Shown here: positions 49,197-62,425 of the stretch, in pieces
Layout: every line of letters starts with the position of its first letter
Position numbering within the stretch: the first letter of the stretch is position 1
From: Entomortierella parvispora E1425
Lineage: Eukaryota > Fungi > Mortierellomycota
NCBI GenBank assembly: GCA_020891255.1
Contig: BQFW01000001.1
Coordinates: 1,488,001-1,552,000 of the forward strand
Direction of reading: 5' to 3'
Length of the DNA: 64,000 bases
The notes under the pieces: model-generated
What the model was told of the DNA's origin: nothing
Database searches by the model: none
The model's input: only the letters and a program-made list of their open reading frames with translations
Made by a program: the position numbers and the translations under genes

Positions 49197-51327
49197 ATGT
49201 CACCCGCCATCCTCAACCCTCTCACAAGGAACATCTCTCGTCTGGGCCTTGGCTCTTACAGGCTAGCCCTGGGGGTTCCGGGACACGAGCGAGTTGTCTA
49301 CAAGGCCCTGGAGCGTCAAAAGGACCCTCGCCTGAACATCAATCTTATCGACACCTCTACAAACTACGGCAATGGTCGGAGTGAACAGCTTATTGGAAAG
49401 GTAGCTTTGGGATGAGTGGATATAGGAAGGCTTGCTGGTAACTCGTGGACGAAACCTGACTCAAAAACTCTCCTTGCAAAACACCACTCCAGGTCCTCAC
49501 ACACCCTCTTCACAACACTCTGAGCAGAGAGGAGTTGGTCATTGCCACCAAATTTGGATATATCCAGAATGAGAACTTGCGACTCATGTCGGAAGGTGTC
49601 TTTTCTGTAAGTTCAAGAACATCCCATGCAGGGTCCTCCAGGTTCTTTACTTCAAAAGTTCTGACGTTTCTCTATATCTCCTTTCCCACGGATGTAGCGA
49701 GTTCCACCAGAGGAAATTGTAGAATACTCCAAGGAGTGCTTCCACTCCATTCACCCAGAGTTTATGAGGTACGGGACCCTGTTCTCATTTTTGTCAGCGA
49801 ACGTCTCAAGAAAATGGGCGGCTGGATGAACTTGTCCCTGTGCTCACAATTCCCTCGACAACGGATGATGGGAAAAAAAAGCCAAATTGGACCTTTGCAC
49901 GTGTTGACTCTTCCCCCACTCTCAAATCTCTACTTTTAGGGACCAGCTTACTCGATCGTTGGAGCGACTCCACACCAAATATGTCGACATCCTCTTTGTC
50001 CACAACCCAGAGTACTTTCTGATGAGCAACGTCAAAGGCACGGAAGTGAATGTCAAAAGTAAGTTTGGGTCACTTTATTGTTTTTTTTTCTCCATAACTC
50101 ACTGGCTGAGACACTGCATGTCCAACAGCTTTTTCTAACGGAACACCCACTTTTTTTTATGGCAACTCCAATATAGAGCATCAGGCGATTCTTCTACAGC
50201 GGCTTTCAGTTTTGTTTGAGGAGCTGGAGCGCGAAATTGAGAACGGTCGAATTCGATCCTATGGCATCAGCAGCAATTCATTTTCCCTCAAACCTTCCCA
50301 TGCCCATTTCCTGCCATATCAGGACCTTGTCAAGATGGCAAACTCAGCATTTGAAAAGGTCAAGCAACAAAAGCAAAGGGAACACGACCAATATCAGAGT
50401 AGCGCTATAACGTCTTCCTCATCCTCAAATAACAAGAAGCCAGCACATGGAGAAGTGGGATCGCACCTGCTGGCCAAAAAGGGCGGCACCTCCACCCCGC
50501 TGGCTCGACCCAAAACTGTTCAGCGTACGACTCATGGATTAGGATTTCTTCAGATGCCTGGAAACTTGTTGGAAATGGAGGGTATATCGACGACAGCCAA
50601 GTGGGCCAAGAGCCATGGTCTTCGTGTCTTTGTGAATAGACCCTTGAATGCACTCTCTCCCGAAATTGGACCAGTCCGATTGGCATCTTATCCTAAGCCC
50701 GAGTCTCCAACATTCGACCAGGCCAAGGACCATATCCTCCACATGCTGGAGTCCATGGGCAAGCACCGTGACTACCTCCAGCCAAAGATGCAGCGACTGA
50801 GAGATATGGTTGAGGAGCTGGCAGAGTCTTTGAAGACTGACAAGCTGTCGACGATGCAGATGGAAGGTTCCCTTGTTCGCCACAGACTTCAGCATGAGCT
50901 CGCTGAACCTGTCAAGGCCAAAAGACCCAAGGTGCACGATAAGAAGCACGCCTCTACCACAGAGTCAACGACCCCGGAGTCCACTACTTCTCATACCACT
51001 ACAACATCTGCACACTCTGCAACCAAGCCCAGTGTACACGAGATTGACGAGCTTGTCAAGAGTTTGGATCGATTTGTTCTCGTCTTCAATCAGCAGGTTC
51101 GATCTCAAGAGTCCAAACGGGTGGAGAGCATGTTGGCAGAACGTGGTATCGATTTGAAGGGCGAGTCGATTGAATCCTTTGCGGTCGGGTACTTGTTGGA
51201 CCATGCCCAGGTGGATTCAGTTTTGTTGGGTATGAAGCGCGAGCCTTATGTGGACTTTGCGCGCAAGACTCTCGAGTCTCTCACTCCTCCCGAAGCCGCT
51301 GTTGAGGCTGAGGCGAAAAGTGCCTAG
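49197..51327 (+). CDS. Aldo-keto reductase family oxidoreductase, 5 exons
   Basis: RLGLGSYR, NLIDTSTNYGNGRSEQLIG, VIATKFGY, FHSIHPEFMRDQLTRSLERL, LFVHNPEYFL, YGISSN, LQMPGNLLE, NRPLNA, VLLGMKREPYV. Confidence 0.85.
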
Positions 51328-51471
51328 AGTGGTAGAGCAAATAAAAAATGCAGCTTCATCCTGTGTCTGTCCTTGTCTTTCTTTTTCCTTTCATCTCCTG
51401 GTCTCTCACTCCTCCCGAGGCCGGTATTGAGGCTGAGGTGAAAAGTGCCTGCAGTAGATGCAGCTTCATCC
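51276..51471. repeat. Local duplication of the last ~17 codons and start of the 3' UTR of the AKR gene
   Basis: 51276-51361 recurs, degenerate, at 51401-51471; the stop TAG is replaced by TGC in the second copy. Confidence 0.85.
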
Positions 51472-51611
51472 CTCGTCCCACATCCCACGTCCCCTATTTT
51501 TCAATACAAACAAAGATGGCACCCTTTTTCCTTTTCTTTTTTGGTTTTCAGTGCGTGCTTTTTGTATTATGATGGATATATGGTAGAAAAAAATGACTAG
51601 AATAAAAAGTT

Positions 51612-53183
51612 TTACTTCTGCTCGTCCAAAGCGTTGTTGTGGCTGTAGGTGGGGGAAGCAAAGTCATCCTCGTTGGACAACTCCTCCAAGGTCTTGCCCT
51701 TGGTCTCGGGGATCAAGAAGGTGACAAAGAGACCGATGAGCATGAACAAGGCAAAGATCTCCAACAACTGGGGGATCGAAGCGTTGGTGCCGTTCTTGTC
51801 CTTGATCTGAGTGAAACCGACCTGGGCAATGATGGCACCCAACTTTCCGCATCCGGCAGCGATACCGTGACCAGTGGAACGGTAGCGGGTAGGGAAGACC
51901 TCACCGGGGATGATGAAGGTGGTGGCGTTGGGTCCAAAGTTCTGGAAGAACTGGGTCAAGGAGAACAAGACGATGAAAAGGGCAATGGAGTAGTTGCGGA
52001 TCTGGTTGTAAGCGAAACCGAGGATGGCGAAGAGGACAGCGGACATGAAGAAACCAAGGAGCTGGATGCGGACACGTCCCAAACGCTCAACGGTGAAGAC
52101 GGTGACCCAGTAACCGGGAAGGGAACCCATCAAGACGATGATGGTCTGACCGACGGCGGCGTTCCAGCAGGTGCTCCAGTCGTCACCCTTGACACTGGAG
52201 AAGTTGATCGAGGACAAGATGAACGAGTTGTTCAAACCAATACCGTAGAAGGCAGTGTCGAGACAGAACCAGGCGACAGCGGTACCGAAAAGAACCTTGA
52301 AGTTTTGCCACTTGGAGAAGTAGGCGATGAAGTCAGAGGAGGAGCCGCGGACGATGGAGGGGTTGGCAAGGACCTTCTCGCTGTCGTCATCGGACTGGAG
52401 ATGGTTGCGGTTCTCCTTGAGGACGACGGAAACATCATGCTCAGCACGGTTGACGTTGTTCTCGACATCGAGGACGTAACGGGGGGTCTCGGGGATGGTC
52501 AAACGGAAGTAAATGGCAACGCAGGCAGGAATGCATCCGAAACCGATCAAGATACGCCAGACATAGTCCAAGTTGGCGGGGTTGGCCATGATCGAGTCCT
52601 TGAAGGCGGCGAGGAGGATGAGGGCAACGATACCGGTGGTCAAGTAACCGAATCCCTGCATGGCAAAGACAGCGGCCATCATGGCACCGCGACGGTTGGT
52701 GGTGGCAAACTCAGAGGTGATAACGGCAGACAAGGGGTAGTCACCACCGATACCGATACCGACAATGACACGCCAGATGATCAAGGAAGCGGGGAGAGAC
52801 AAAGAGACACCATGTCCAGAGAGGGACTGACCGAGAGTGGCAACAATGATAATCATCAACTCAATACCGTACATGCGCTTGCGTCCCAAGCGATCAGCCA
52901 AGTAACCGAATCCAACCTGACCCAAGAAGGTACCGGCCGAGGCGGCGACCTTGATTCCGAGATCCAAATCCGAAGGGAGGGTGCCTCCGTAGTAAATCAT
53001 TCCCAACATGGGAGTCACCAAGTTAATGGCGAAGAGATCGTAAGCGTCGGTGAAGAAACCGACACCGGCGACCAAGCAGGCACGGATGTGGAACCAGCCA
53101 AACTCGGCGTTGTCAATCTTGGCCAAAGCGGCGCGACGACGTTCATTCAAGTCCTCGTTGTCAACCTTGTGAACAGCGGACAT
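51612..53183 (-). CDS. PHO84: High-affinity inorganic phosphate:H+ symporter, single exon
   Basis: GVGFFTDAYDLF, GIGIGGDYPLS, RGAMMAAVFAMQGFG, LPETPRY, NFGPNATTFIIPGEVFPTRYRSTGHG, IPETKGKTLEEL. Confidence 0.95.
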   Translation of the reverse strand: MSAVHKVDNEDLNERRRAALAKIDNAEFGWFHIRACLVAGVGFFTDAYDLFAINLVTPMLGMIYYGGTLPSDLDLGIKVAASAGTFLGQVGFGYLADRLGRKRMYGIELMIIIVATLGQSLSGHGVSLSLPASLIIWRVIVGIGIGGDYPLSAVITSEFATTNRRGAMMAAVFAMQGFGYLTTGIVALILLAAFKDSIMANPANLDYVWRILIGFGCIPACVAIYFRLTIPETPRYVLDVENNVNRAEHDVSVVLKENRNHLQSDDDSEKVLANPSIVRGSSSDFIAYFSKWQNFKVLFGTAVAWFCLDTAFYGIGLNNSFILSSINFSSVKGDDWSTCWNAAVGQTIIVLMGSLPGYWVTVFTVERLGRVRIQLLGFFMSAVLFAILGFAYNQIRNYSIALFIVLFSLTQFFQNFGPNATTFIIPGEVFPTRYRSTGHGIAAGCGKLGAIIAQVGFTQIKDKNGTNASIPQLLEIFALFMLIGLFVTFLIPETKGKTLEELSNEDDFASPTYSHNNALDEQK

Positions 53184-53950
53184 GATATCAATATGTGAAG
53201 GGGGGGAGGAAAGGGGAGGAAGGGAGGAAGGGGAGAGGATGGGTGTGTGTGTTGACGGGGATGCTTGTGGGGGAGGTATCGACGTCGAAGGTGATCTGAA
53301 AAGAGGACAAGGGAAAAGAGAAAAAAAAAAGATGAAAGGGGGTGAAATAGGGTATGGCTTTTATATTACACCGAAAAGTGAGGAGCGCCCAGTTCATGAT
53401 CGCAGTGATGAAAACGCAATGTAACTTCCCGGCAGCGGATGTACCAAGGAACTGACTTAGGACGTTGTACGAGTGGAAGAAATAAAGTGGACAATGAGCA
53501 GGTGGTCAATGAGGGCTTGGTTGGCGGAACCTACAGTGGCCACTAACGTCAAAACGTGCGTGGATGGACAGGGTCTGAGGGAAGGCTGGGATGTGCTCTG
53601 CCCCGCCCTGGCCCGCAAAAAGCGACTCGACTCTGGACAACAAATAAACCCTAACAAAGTGTAAAAACAGCGCCTGTTGTTGATTGATGTTCTCCCGTCT
53701 GGGAATGAAATACAGGCTGGCTCTTGCACGGTGTTGGTGGGGGTTGTTGGACCAACCTTTCCCTTTTGCGTCGAAAAGCAAAGAGCACAAAAGTCCGGAA
53801 GGAGGCGAATGGACCAAGGAGATCGTCCCTTGTCCAACCAAACAAATTCGCTCCTCTGTGCTCTCGTTGATCCTGTGGCTGATCAGAATAGTAACGCGTG
53901 TAGGCAATTCACCTATTTCATTGGCTGACTCAATCTTTTCGTCTGCGGGT

Positions 53951-53956
53951 CACGTG
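53951..53956. promoter_or_regulatory. CACGTG E-box (possible Pho4-like site) upstream of PHO84; CACGTT at 53980-53985
   Basis: Motif seen about 770 bp upstream of the PHO84 ATG; a 6-mer can occur by chance and also matches other bHLH factors. Confidence 0.25.
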
Positions 53957-54953
53957 ATTTCATCTCTCGTTCTCCTGTCCACGTTCGTCCTTCGAACAGA
54001 GCTGTTGCCTCTGGCTGTGCAACCATGGAGTAAGAAAAAGAGATTTGTTTTTATCCGGCGTGTTCCCTCGGCATCGGTCCTTCCCAGCCAATGGATTGTC
54101 CCATTCGTGCATCCTCTCCCCAAATCAGAAGTCTTTGGGTCATCCACCCCGCTGTTCCTGTCCTGTCATTTTGCTCCGTCCTGTCCACGAGCCATCTTGT
54201 ACCCTTTTTTCTGCGAGAGAGAAGGTCGGTGAGCAATGACCGATCCAACTGCCAAAGTCTCGCCCAATCCGGCAAAGCGTGTGTGCCCCAATCGCATCCA
54301 CTTTTTGCATTGGTGCCTCTGGTGCAAGATCCGTTTGGGCCTGAACGTGGACTATTGTTGTCGCATGCGACCGAACAAACCGAAAGTTCCGAAAGGTGCA
54401 ACTGGTTGTGGCGTGTCGATGCTCGCGACTCGTTCGACTCTTTGTAACCGGAGCTTGGTTGCGACTTTATTCTCTCGCTAGGATGATGAAGGCATACCTC
54501 GACTACCATTTTATAGCTACTTCGCGATGTGTTGATGGACGCTTGCCTTTAGCACTGCCGCTTGACACTAGCCCAAGCGCTTGACGATGCTAATATTTCT
54601 TCTTGTCCCCAGGTAATCCATCACTTTGTTTGCTCCTTCCTTTGACATTGTTGATTATGGCGGCTCTTGTTAGATCCCTTTTGTTCTAGACCAAAAAAAA
54701 AGGCTCGTGCATTTTTCTTTTATTCAATCTCGGTCATCCTCTCTCTCACACACACGCACCCTTTACCTAAGCCCTTCCGTATTGGTGGGTTTCTCATAAA
54801 TAATACTACGATCTGTCATTTCCACGGAGCTCCGCCACTATTTTTCCGTCACAACGTTCTTTCGGTGCCTGATATTTAGTGGGCCAAGGAGAAAAAGATA
54901 GATGCTGATCCACAGCCATTCGTCCGGAGCTTTTAGATTTTTCTGCTTCTATT

Positions 54954-57067
54954 CTAAAGCTGTTCTGGCTCATTTGCTCCTACCAACATAACCTTGACAA
55001 TCTCAAAAACGGCCTTGATACGTCCGGTCCAGCCGTGGTAGATGATATTGACCAGATCCCTCGTGACCACAATGGCATCTCCAACGTTGGTCATGGGGTA
55101 CTGCAGGACAGGGGGCAAGAAGGTCTGGATCAAAAGAGGCCAGCGATCCATCGTGATGGACTTTTGATGACACACTGCTCTCAGACCCTCAGGTCCTCCA
55201 AATCGTCCGTAGCCACTGATACCAACACCTCCAAAGGGCAACGACTGGCATAGATAGTTGACGCCAAAGTCGTTCAGATTGCTCATACCAGCCCGAAGAC
55301 GATCCATGATGTAGCGACCTTCCTTTTGGTTCTTGGAGAAAACGTTGGATCCGAGGCTGTAAGGGGATGAGTTGGCAATCGAGATGGCTTCCTCCAAAGT
55401 CGAGAACTTGTAGACGGCCATGATAGGTGCAAAGGCCTCCTCCTGGGCAATTCTCATGGTTGTCTTGAGGTTGGTGATCAGAGTGGGGGCAAAGAACTGT
55501 CCCTGGGGAAACTTTGGGTGAACAAAGCCCTCGCCACCGTGAATAAGAGTTGCACCATTTTTGACCGCATCCTGAATCAAGCCCTCCAAAATTTTCGACT
55601 AAATATCCAAGTAAGAGGAATACGAAAGGACATTAGTATGTGCATGATAAGAACGATATCATAAAAAAACAAGGGGCCAGTAATCCTTACTCGTCCACTC
55701 ATCGTCATAGAACCGCAATCAATGTTTTCCACCTCCAAGGGTGGGCCCTGCTTCAATTGCTTGATACGGCTGCCCGTCATCTCGATCAAGCGATCATGTA
55801 GACTCTCGTGAACAATGATCCGCTCCAGTCCAATACAGTTCTGTCCGCAGTTCTGGAACACGCCTCTCATCAAGATCGGGACCACAGCTTCCAATTGCAC
55901 ATCCTTGTTCACAATCGCCACATCCTTGCCGCCCAATTCCAATACGCAGGGAGTCAAGTTGTACGAAGCTGCCGTCGCAACCTTGGCACCGACTTCAGGC
56001 GATCCAATGAATGTGATTCCGTCGACGCCACTCTTGACCACAGCCTCGCCGCAATCCTGAAAACCGACCAAAAACTGAACCAACTCTGGGTCATGACCAC
56101 AGGCAGCCAAACAAGTTCTAGCAATCTCGGCGTAGTACTTCATCGTTGACCAAGCGACCTGCTCGGAAGCCTTGATCAGGATGCCATTGCCGGCAAACAA
56201 AGCTGTGATCAAGGGTCCGAACGTGTTATGGAAAGGATAGTTCCATGAGACCAAAGCGGCGACGACACCCATAGGCTTATAGGAAACTTTGGCCGCCTTG
56301 TAAAACATGAGCAAGCCGGGATCGCGGTATTCATCTTTGAGGGCATCCTCGCCGTGAGCCAGGGTCCAACGGATACGTTCACAGGTCGTGAGAATCTCTC
56401 CAAATTTCCCATCGACCATCGTCTTGCCAGTATCTCTGGAGGCAACCCTGCAGATGGTTTCCTGATGGAGTAGAATAAAGTCCAAGAGGGATTGAAGGAC
56501 GATCTTGCGTTGGGCATAAGTAGTTTGAGACCATTTCTCCTGAGCCTTACGAGCCTTCTGAAGGGCGAGGTCAACATCCTGCTTGGTGTGAGCACGGATC
56601 GTGGAAAGGTGACGACCGGTGGAAGGGTCGTAGCAGATGATCTGGCCAGGTTGTGTAGGATCCTATTGTGTGCGACTCGATGGTTAGAATACTAGAGGAA
56701 ATAAAGAGGAAGAAAAGGGCCTTTGTGTGCTCTTACCTGGATGCTTGGTTTGGACAAAATAGCTCCTCCTTTCCAACCTGGAAGTGCCTCTAAAAGACGA
56801 GGAACGAAAGAGAATGACATTCATGAAGTCAGTTGTTGATACTAGACCTTTAGTCATCCGTTGTCCCAGGTCTGAAAGCATATCCTCATCTGTTTGTCTC
56901 GCATGTGCATTGCATTTACCTTCCGGGACAGGGACCTGGAATGCGATGGAGGGGTATGGCTTGATCCACTGGTACAAAGCTCTGACCACAATCGACACAG
57001 CGACCACGCCCAGGGCCTGGACGATGACGGGATCAGGTATGACCGGTGGCAGGATCGTCTGCAGCAT
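54954..57067 (-). CDS. MSC7: Aldehyde dehydrogenase, MSC7-like, with N-terminal TM anchor, multi-exon
   Basis: VSWNYPFHN, LELGGKD, GQNCIGLER catalytic Cys, EEAFAP, LPFGGVGISGYGRFGGPEGLR. Confidence 0.85.
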
Positions 57068-57430
57068 GATGTGAATGAAAGATGAAAGCAGTGAATGGGA
57101 ATGAGAAACAAAGATGGGCGAAAGAACCTCCCATGTCAACCTTCCAACGGTCGTGCGCGGGGCGTCGGTCCCTGAAACTGAGTTGCCCACCGGGAGTGTG
57201 TCTATCTCGATGATCTGATTGCCCATCCGCTCACGCCACTTTTTTTGTCTTTTAAATTTTTGTCCCCTTCTTTCGTTCCCACGACGACCAAACGGCTGTG
57301 CATGTGCTTCAGTCCAGAGACGCGTATGCTGTCTACCGTACTAAACATTTATGGACTACGGCCAGTTGACTATGTCAATGCGCCAATGGGCTTGCTACGC
57401 TATTTTTGCATGGTTCTTCAAGCAGACATC

Positions 57431-59045
57431 TCAGTCTGAGTTGACAACGTTGACAGGGTAACCGTTCGCGGCGCAGAAGCTTGGTCCGCGGTTGTTGACA
57501 TCCTTGGGGATCCAGCCACCGTCCACACCATCGAAATAGGACCAAAGAGGGTTGGACTCGGTCTTGAAGTTCCAGTAGAACCAGCCAGCACCCTGCTCCC
57601 AGGCATCCACCTGGGCATTGAAGAAGTTGAGCATGAACTGCTTATACTCGGCAGTATAGGTCGTGGGATCATTTGCGCCAACGCAGGTCGCGTTGGGCGA
57701 GACAGGCTTGCCTCCACCGAAGGTGCCGTCCCAACGGTAACCAAGGCCAATGCCGTTCAAATACTTGGCGCAGTCGTTCACAGCAACCGAGAACTCTCCC
57801 ACCATCGTGGGACCAAAGGCCTTGGTGCTAGTCGTAATGTCAGAGCCCCAAGTCTTGCAGGCAAACTCGAGTTGGGCTGTTTGGTTCATACGAATGAGAC
57901 CATCGTCAAACATGATGTAGCTGTGGGTGTCTGGAAATGAGCGTACAAACTGTTAGCACTAAACCCCTGCAAACTGACACAATTCAAAATGTCGCAAAAC
58001 CAACCACTCAAGAATACTCACCAAGCATCAAGCGATCAGCACCGGGCAAAAAGCCAGCCCAGGTGCTAAGGCCAAGGAAACCGTCGTGGATGACAGCCCA
58101 GGGTCCCTTACCGGTGCCGCCTCCAGCGGTACGGACAACACCCAGAGCCTGCTGATACCAGGCCTTGACCTTATCACCACCAATGACTTGCGCATTAGGT
58201 TCATTCAACATGCCCATGATAGGGTCCACATGAGCATAGTCAGGGCTCGCAAAGAACGTTGACATTTGCTGGAGATAGGGGAGAGTACGAAGGGCATTGG
58301 TGGCACCATCGGTGCCGTTGATCCAGTTGACGGCACCAAGCCGACCAGAATGGTTCCATCCGTTCTGGGATCCGGGTGCGCCGTGAAGCTCGACCTGGAC
58401 GCGAATGCCATACTTGCGAGCCCATTCAATGGCCCTCACCAAATATTTCCATGACAAGTTGGGGACATAGGGTTCGCCCGCAACCAAATTGCCCATGGCC
58501 CAAAAACCAATGGGAACACGGACATGGTTGAGACCCAAATCGCGGATGCGAATGAAGGTATCCTCGGTTACCCAGGTGTTGTAATGGTTGTCCAAAAGCT
58601 TGGTAGCAGCGTCCAATCCAAGGTGCTGGCAAAGGGTCCACTCATCAACTACGCCATTGGGGATATAAGGGTCAAAGAGCGAGGGTGTAATGAAGGGTTC
58701 CAGAACGAGCCATCCTCCCAAGTTGACACCTCGCATCTTGACGCTGCCGCCCTGATAATCAAAGGGTTGGTCCAAAGCTGGGGTGTAGGCATTGGCCTTG
58801 GCGGTGTCGTTGTGGGAGGGAATGATGGGCTGAGAAGGATTAACGGGAGGGGGAGGGTTCGTGTTGTTGTTGTTGTTGCTGTTGCTGTTGCTGTTGTTGG
58901 TGCTGTTGTTGGACTTGTTCTTGTCCCAGGGCTTTACGATCACAAGAGGCACAACGACCGCGGCAGCAACGACGATCAGAACGAGAAGACTGATCTTCCA
59001 CCGATGACGGCGAAGGCAAGAGCGATTATCTTGAGTGGCGCCCAT
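57431..59045 (-). CDS. GH5 glucan 1,3-beta-glucosidase, type II membrane-anchored, 2 exons
   Basis: N-terminal TM (SLLVLIVVAAAVVVPLVIV), Asn-rich linker, RGVNLGGWLVLEPFITPSLF, HGAPGSQNGWNHSG, NEP acid/base and GEFS nucleophile motifs. Confidence 0.92.
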
Positions 59046-60281
59046 TTGTTGTTCACAAAAGTTTTTTTGTTGTGGTTGTTGATGGAGGAGAATTCAACGT
59101 GGATAATAATGGTTCGTGTGTTTCTGTGTGTGTCTAGGCGGGGGTCATTAAGAAAGAAAAAAAAGCGAGGTTCCAACGGGGGAGGGGGAGTTGAACCAAA
59201 GAGACGCGGACGGGATGGAGGAATGAGATGCGGAAAGAGATGAAGTGAATGAGAGGTGAAGGGTAAAGAGTGAGTTTATAAAGACGACAACCCAGGGATG
59301 AAAAGTCTCTGGACAATTGGCGACAAAGTCAGAAAAGGGCGCGGGCAGGCAAGCTTCCTTTGTTTCCAGGAACAGGAACCAGGGAATCAAAATGCAGGCG
59401 CTGCAGGCAATGGCCGATTACCCAGCAACAACGTTGGCCTCACTCGTGCCTGTCAGAGCGGTTTTATATATAATTAAATGCCAGATGAGCAGACCGAAAA
59501 AAAAAAAACTCTCTGGTGGTTTAGCGTTCAGGTGCCGCATGGAAGAAAAGAAGAGGGCGGTTGCCCAGCAGCAGCAGCACGCAGAGAGAACCATCATATG
59601 TTCGTTCTCTACGCCTCGCTTCAAACCTATTTTTATCGATCTGATCCCTGTGCCACACAATTTGAGGCAGTTCAGGGCGAAGAGTGCCACTTTGTCTTGC
59701 TGTGCCTTGTTTGTTTCCAGAAGTAAAGTGACAAAGAGAATACGTTTCCTTATCGACGAAGAAGGTGCAAAGGTGCCTGTGATGGACAAGCAGGGAAGCA
59801 GGAGTGAGCCCGAGAGATAGAGGGATACGACAACGAACCATCCATCCATCGATCATCATGAATCCGGACCTTTTTTTTTGCCACCAAAAAAAAAATTCTC
59901 TTGAAGCCACATCACGTGATCTCCATTCCTTGCACGCAGCAGAAGGCAAAAAAAAAAAAAAAAAAAAAAAACAGGCTCCCACAGCCGCACGACGGCGGAT
60001 AGGGGCGGCGGCCGTCCAAAAAAAAACTCTTTCACCTTTTCTTGCTCTCCACCCCTTTGGCCATCATCTTTTCATCTTTTGTCCATTCACCTCCATTGCT
60101 CCCTCCCGACGGCCCCTATTCTGCTCCATTGCTGTCGGCTTGCGTCTTTCCTGGCCCCCTCTTTTGCCCGCAATCGTCCTTGAATTGTGGCAGCATTGAG
60201 AGCAATCTGCCAACTCGACTATACCCTCTCCCCTCTTGACCTTGTCTGTCCTCAGATAACCTTTCTATTCACATTTCGGCA

Positions 60282-61349
60282 ATGTCCGCCATCATGCCCT
60301 CTGTAGGCGGGATTCCTCTCAAGTACATCTCACTCATCGTCCTCGCTGTCCAGAACTCATGCCTTATCATCGTTATGGCCCTTGCTCAGGGACCCGGTCG
60401 CAAGGTTTTTTACTCCTCCACCGCCGTTTTCATCAATGAGCTCGTCAAGCTCGTTGTCTGCACTGCCATGACCATCCGGCAGACGATTCAAGAGACTGGT
60501 CGATTCTACCCTCAAGATTTTTTGAACGAGGTGTTCGGAGGGGATGCCTGGAAGCTCGCTATTCCGGCGATGTTGTATGCTATCCAGAACAACCTCCAGT
60601 ATGTCGCCTCGCATGCTCTGGATCCTTCGACTTTCCAGGTCACATACCAGCTCAAGATTCTTACTACCGCTCTATTTTCGGTCATGCTTTTGAACCGATC
60701 TCTGCCTGCGCTCAAGTGGATGTCCCTTGTCATGCTCACCGCAGGAATTGCCCTTGTCAGTGTCGAAGAATCTAACAACAGACACGGATCTAAGCAAAGC
60801 ACCGCTGATCAGGGTGCTGATGGAGCCCTGACTGGGTTGTTGCAGGAGGAGCAAAGGAAGGCCGCTATCGCCAGCGCCCCCTCGAACGATCGCCCTGAAG
60901 TTTTTGTTGGTCTTTTGGCGGTCTTGGTGGCATGTCTCCTTTCAGGATTGGCTGGCGTTTACTTTGAGAAGATTCTGAAAAACACCCAGGCGTCCATCTG
61001 GCTCAGGAATATTCAGCTGTCGTTCTTCTCTTTGCCCTTTTCCTTGTTGGCCGTCTATCTCAAGGATGGAGAGGGAGTGACCGAGCAGGGATTCTTTGCT
61101 GGATACGACATGCTAGTTATTGCTGCCATTGCGTGTCAATCCGCAGGAGGATTGATTGTGGCTGTGGTCGTCAAATACGCAGACAACATTCTGAAAGGAT
61201 TCGCTACCAGCATTTCGATTGTGATCAGTGCGATTGCTAGTGTGGCTCTCTTTGGGTCCAAGATCGGTAGCATTTTCCTCTTGGGTACTACCCTCGTTCT
61301 TGGTGCTACCTACCTCTACTCACTTCCTGACAAGCCCGTTGTGAAGTAA
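60282..61349 (+). CDS. Nucleotide-sugar transporter, SLC35A/UDP-galactose transporter (Gms1-like), single exon
   Basis: LAIPAMLYAIQNNLQY, FQVTYQLKILTTA, GLAGVYFEKILK, WLRNIQL, VVKYADNILKGFATSISI. Confidence 0.92.
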   Translation: MSAIMPSVGGIPLKYISLIVLAVQNSCLIIVMALAQGPGRKVFYSSTAVFINELVKLVVCTAMTIRQTIQETGRFYPQDFLNEVFGGDAWKLAIPAMLYAIQNNLQYVASHALDPSTFQVTYQLKILTTALFSVMLLNRSLPALKWMSLVMLTAGIALVSVEESNNRHGSKQSTADQGADGALTGLLQEEQRKAAIASAPSNDRPEVFVGLLAVLVACLLSGLAGVYFEKILKNTQASIWLRNIQLSFFSLPFSLLAVYLKDGEGVTEQGFFAGYDMLVIAAIACQSAGGLIVAVVVKYADNILKGFATSISIVISAIASVALFGSKIGSIFLLGTTLVLGATYLYSLPDKPVVK

Positions 61350-62425
61350 GTACTCGATGCTTCCCTGTCATTGTTCCTTTCTTTTTTTTTTTTTTTTTTT
61401 TTTTTTGCAAATGACTTGAAAATTGAACCCTAAGTACTTACAACGTCTCCTGTCATAGATACGTTGATCTGGGCAGTCAGTTGGACTCTTTTCACGCTGA
61501 GGAGGGTCGGATGGGCTCACCGCACCAAGGCAGCAATGACAGTTTGACGACACCTACGTCGAACGGACCCTCTGTCCGCCTGGACCGGATCAGGGGACCA
61601 TGAGCTAGGGGAAGTAATTATTTGAATGGAACGTCAGATATTAAATAAACACAACAATGCATTTTTCTACGAGTATATCCGTCCTGACAAACAACGATTT
61701 TGCAACGAATGACCTCAAACGTGATATGGCAGACAGAGCCTTTGGATAATCTTCCGAGAGGAGTAACGGAGGGAGCAGCAGGAACGAGAGAAAGAGATGA
61801 ATGAGAGCCGTCCCAGGGACAGTTCTTCCATGTGCGCGGCCTCGATCGTGCAGAGTGCAGGTAGAACGATGCTGGCCGTGCAGGCCTATTTTCAGAAGAC
61901 AACAAGAGGAGGGAGGGAGGGCGGACCGAGGGACGACAAATGATTTGACGGCGCCCTGGCAGATTGTGTTTTTGTGCATTTGTTCATTTGTGTGCGGTTG
62001 GACAACAGGAAAACGCAAATTCAATTTTGGGTGTGCGCCAGGGGAAGCCAGGCACATAAGGCACAGAGGCACAGAGGCACAGAGGCACAGGGGAGCAGTT
62101 GTGCGGCAGAGTGCTCTGTTCTCTTTTTTCCCTCTTCCTCCTTCCTCTGCTCATCTGTTCCTCTCATCCCCCATCCATCGACATAGTTTATCCCGTCCGT
62201 CCCTTGTTGCTCTGCACTGCTCGTCTCCTCTCTCCTCTCCTCTGCACGGCACAGCCCAGCCTAGCCCTCTCCATTCATTCTCTTTGCATTCCTGCCACTG
62301 CAGCTCTGGTCTTGCGTCTCTTCCGCGGGTGACAGGGCAAGATAATAACCCAGCCACAAGCAAACGCAGTTCTCTTCTCCGTCCTCTCACTGACCACAGA
62401 CAAGACCTCGCAACAAGAGTGCAAG

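Noticed and set aside
51639-53198. 519-aa ORF antisense to PHO84
   Set aside because: Shadow ORF from strong codon bias on the coding strand; it mirrors PHO84 almost end to end and has no recognisable motifs.
34356-57067. Carnitine pathway cluster (TMLD plus an aldehyde dehydrogenase)
   Set aside because: The genes are ~18 kb apart with unrelated genes between, and the ALDH is MSC7-type rather than ALDH9-type.
62051-62091. (GGCACAGA)n 8-mer repeat
   Set aside because: Short ordinary microsatellite with no spacer structure; not CRISPR-like.
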